A stretch of 64,000 nucleotides of DNA. Origin: Amphiscolops sp. MND2022 (lineage: Eukaryota). The notes beneath the pieces were generated by a model. That model made no database searches. It saw only the letters and a program-made list of their open reading frames with translations, and was not told where the DNA came from. The stretch is from contig OZ076409.1 of NCBI GenBank assembly GCA_964187785.1, positions 93,994,001 to 94,058,000 of the forward strand. The letters are read 5' to 3'. This document shows positions 61,861-64,000 of this stretch, in pieces. The position numbers and the translations under genes are program-made. Each line of letters begins with the position of its first letter. The stretch's first letter is position 1.

Positions 61861-62792
61861 AATCAACTCAAATCTTTGTATTTTTCAATTTCAGGAAGCT
61901 TTAATTCGGTCATAATTTAAAAAACCAAGTTTCCGGGCAAAACAAGACCTGTCCAAAACGTTTATCTCAAATGGGAGTCCGGAACATTTATCATACCATT
62001 GTATGACTTTTAATGAAAATGATAGTTAAATTCATCCACATTTGATCTCCGAGGGATCTCTTTTACTATGTCCTCCCTTTTGACTCGTTACACTATGTTC
62101 CCTGCCCCTATGTGATGTCTTTCTGGGGTTGGCTTCCAATTGGATTAAACTTTTTAAATCCGGAAAAAAATGATTATTATCAAGATTCAAAAATAATTTA
62201 AAATCAGAATGGAGAAAACTGAATATTTTCAATGATAAATCCAAAGTTGGATCAGAAAACAAGTTTTTGGGTGTTTTCAACTCATAATTGGTTTCAAGTC
62301 TTCGAATGAACCAACCCTAAAGTGATGATGAGACCACATTTTGATTGCGCTGTGTCAAAAAGTTGCTGAATTGTCTTATTCAAATCAACAATGATTGAAA
62401 TAAATTTAATCAAGTTGAATATAATCTTATTATAACCATTTAATTATAATCAACCAACCCTGCTTCCGAGTATCTAAATTCTGTATTTTTCACAAAATAA
62501 CACTGAAACCATGCAAACTGAATTTGTTGACTTTTTCCGTAATTTTCTGCAGTTTGTAAACCAGGTATGTGTCGTATGATTTAGAAAATAGTTTTGCGCT
62601 TTCAGATTTCCCGAAACTGTTTCTCCGAATCAGGTCATGATTTCTAAAGAGACATGAACTTTTCTTTGAGTCAATATAACGTAGTTTTGGTTCCAACTGA
62701 AAACTTCAGCCTATTTTTGAACACTGAGAACAACCCTCGTTATGGAAAGTGATTAAACACCAACAAAAGATGTCATCCGCAGTTTCTCTCAG

Positions 62793-63807
62793 CCCTAGTT
62801 GAAAAAAATACAAATCTTGCTAGAATCTTGCAAGACAATGCATTTTTCTGGCAGGTTTTTTGCAAGATTTTAGTAAGATATACCTCATCTTGTAAGATTC
62901 TTGCAAGATGAAACTTTAGCTTGAAAGATTCTTGCAAGATATGCAATTTCTAGATTGTTGTGTTCAGTATGTTCCAAAAAGTCCTCGTAGCATGCTTCAG
63001 CCTCGTACCTTTGGAGTTCTAGTTTGACAGAAAGACAACCGTATGGCAAATTTTTGGAATGTAGAATGAAAAAGGAAGAAAGCTATTACAGTATTACTCA
63101 CCTGTGATTTTGTCTGTGTTGGTCTCTCTTTAGAAGCGAAAATGAACAAAAAACTCTCCGGTGCCCAGGTTGTCACGCCATGGCCCGCCATCCATGATTC
63201 ATGCCTCGCCATGGCATGGCCCATGACATGGGCAATGTATGTAAATCCATGAATCACGGATGGAAATCCATGTGCCATGGCTAAAAAAAATTGAAACGGG
63301 CCTCTCCGATAGCCAATACTGCCTTCAAAAAAGATGGATATGGTCCTATTTTTGACCACTCTCCATTACTTGAGCTGAAACAAAATGAGTTAGAAACATA
63401 ATGTCGGACATTCAGTTCAACTGAAAGCAAAGCATTCAGTAATTGAAAAATATCCTTATTCTGGGTTGGAGGCTCTCTGCTAGTGCGGTATATTATAGAT
63501 ATGGGAAGATACGAGAACGTGGCCATCCATGATTTCCCATGAAAGTAGAAGTATTGCGTCGAAAAATCCATGATCATGGATGATTTTCCATGAACGAACC
63601 ATGACAGACATCCTGGGTGCCCGAGTTGGTCATTTTTAGTGAATTTTTTGACAAAAAACTGCTCTTGGTTTGATGTATTTCTTGCAAGAATCTGACAGAA
63701 AAATTTTCTTGCAAGATTCTTGCAAGAATTTTTTTTCTGCCAGATTCTCGCAAGATTGGTATTGTTTGTAATGATCTTGCAAGAATTGTATTCATTTTCA
63801 ACCAGGG
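62793..63807. mobile_element. CMC/EnSpm-like MITE with TCTTGCAAGA sub-repeats
   Basis: CCCTAGTTGAAAA..TTTTCAACCAGGG with 2-bp TSD AG. Confidence 0.7.
63164..63617. mobile_element. Nested CMC/EnSpm-like MITE with CCATG sub-repeats
   Basis: CCCAGGTTGTC..GACATCCTGGG with 2-bp TSD TG. Confidence 0.7.
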
Positions 63808-64000
63808 AGATCTTTTTATGATGTTCTGTTACTTTTTTCACCACTAAGGAACGATGTTCAAGGTTTTTTGGGGACATTCTTTTTGACATAATTCCTATTC
63901 TCCATTACTTTTTGGGAATTTTGGTACACTCGTACCTTTTTTCTCCTGACCTTTCAATGATTTTTCAATTTTCTCAACAACTGTCTATTCGATTTTTTCT

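Noticed and set aside
61894..61919. Possible final TMEM237 exon after TTTCAG (GSFNSVII-stop)
   Set aside because: Phase is compatible but it is too short to support; read-through to TAG 59076 is equally plausible.

Overview
AT-rich, repeat-dense eukaryotic (animal, probably invertebrate) DNA. One host gene is recognisable: a 10-exon TMEM237-like ciliary transition-zone gene on + (30502..~59076), with a candidate RFX X-box upstream. Most of the rest is mobile DNA. (1) A complete 15.7 kb Ty3/Gypsy LTR retrotransposon on - (6633..22327) has 2.1 kb LTRs, a CATGA target duplication, a tRNA-Leu-like PBS and an A-AAA-AAC -1 frameshift site. It is inserted into a LINE. Between pol and the 3' LTR it carries an unusual 5.3 kb accessory module: an antisense, 7-exon, ~1050-aa zinc-finger gene of possible hAT-transposase origin and a divergent 244-aa ORF with a SUMO-interacting-like motif, apparently sharing a bidirectional promoter. 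Its gag start lies inside the LTR, so the 3' LTR creates an in-frame Gag-LINE-RT fusion ORF. (2) Inside TMEM237 intron 4, two elements sit in tandem in one (TTA)n microsatellite; one encodes an apparently intact spliced zinc-finger/tyrosine recombinase (Crypton-like). (3) The window also holds a CR1/L2-like LINE with an SGNH-type ORF1 and a 2A-like peptide, many Helentron/DINE-1-like non-autonomous repeats (one family with a tRNA-derived segment), and nested MULE, hAT, piggyBac, Tc1/mariner and CMC-type MITEs. All calls come from reading motifs by eye; no database searches were run.
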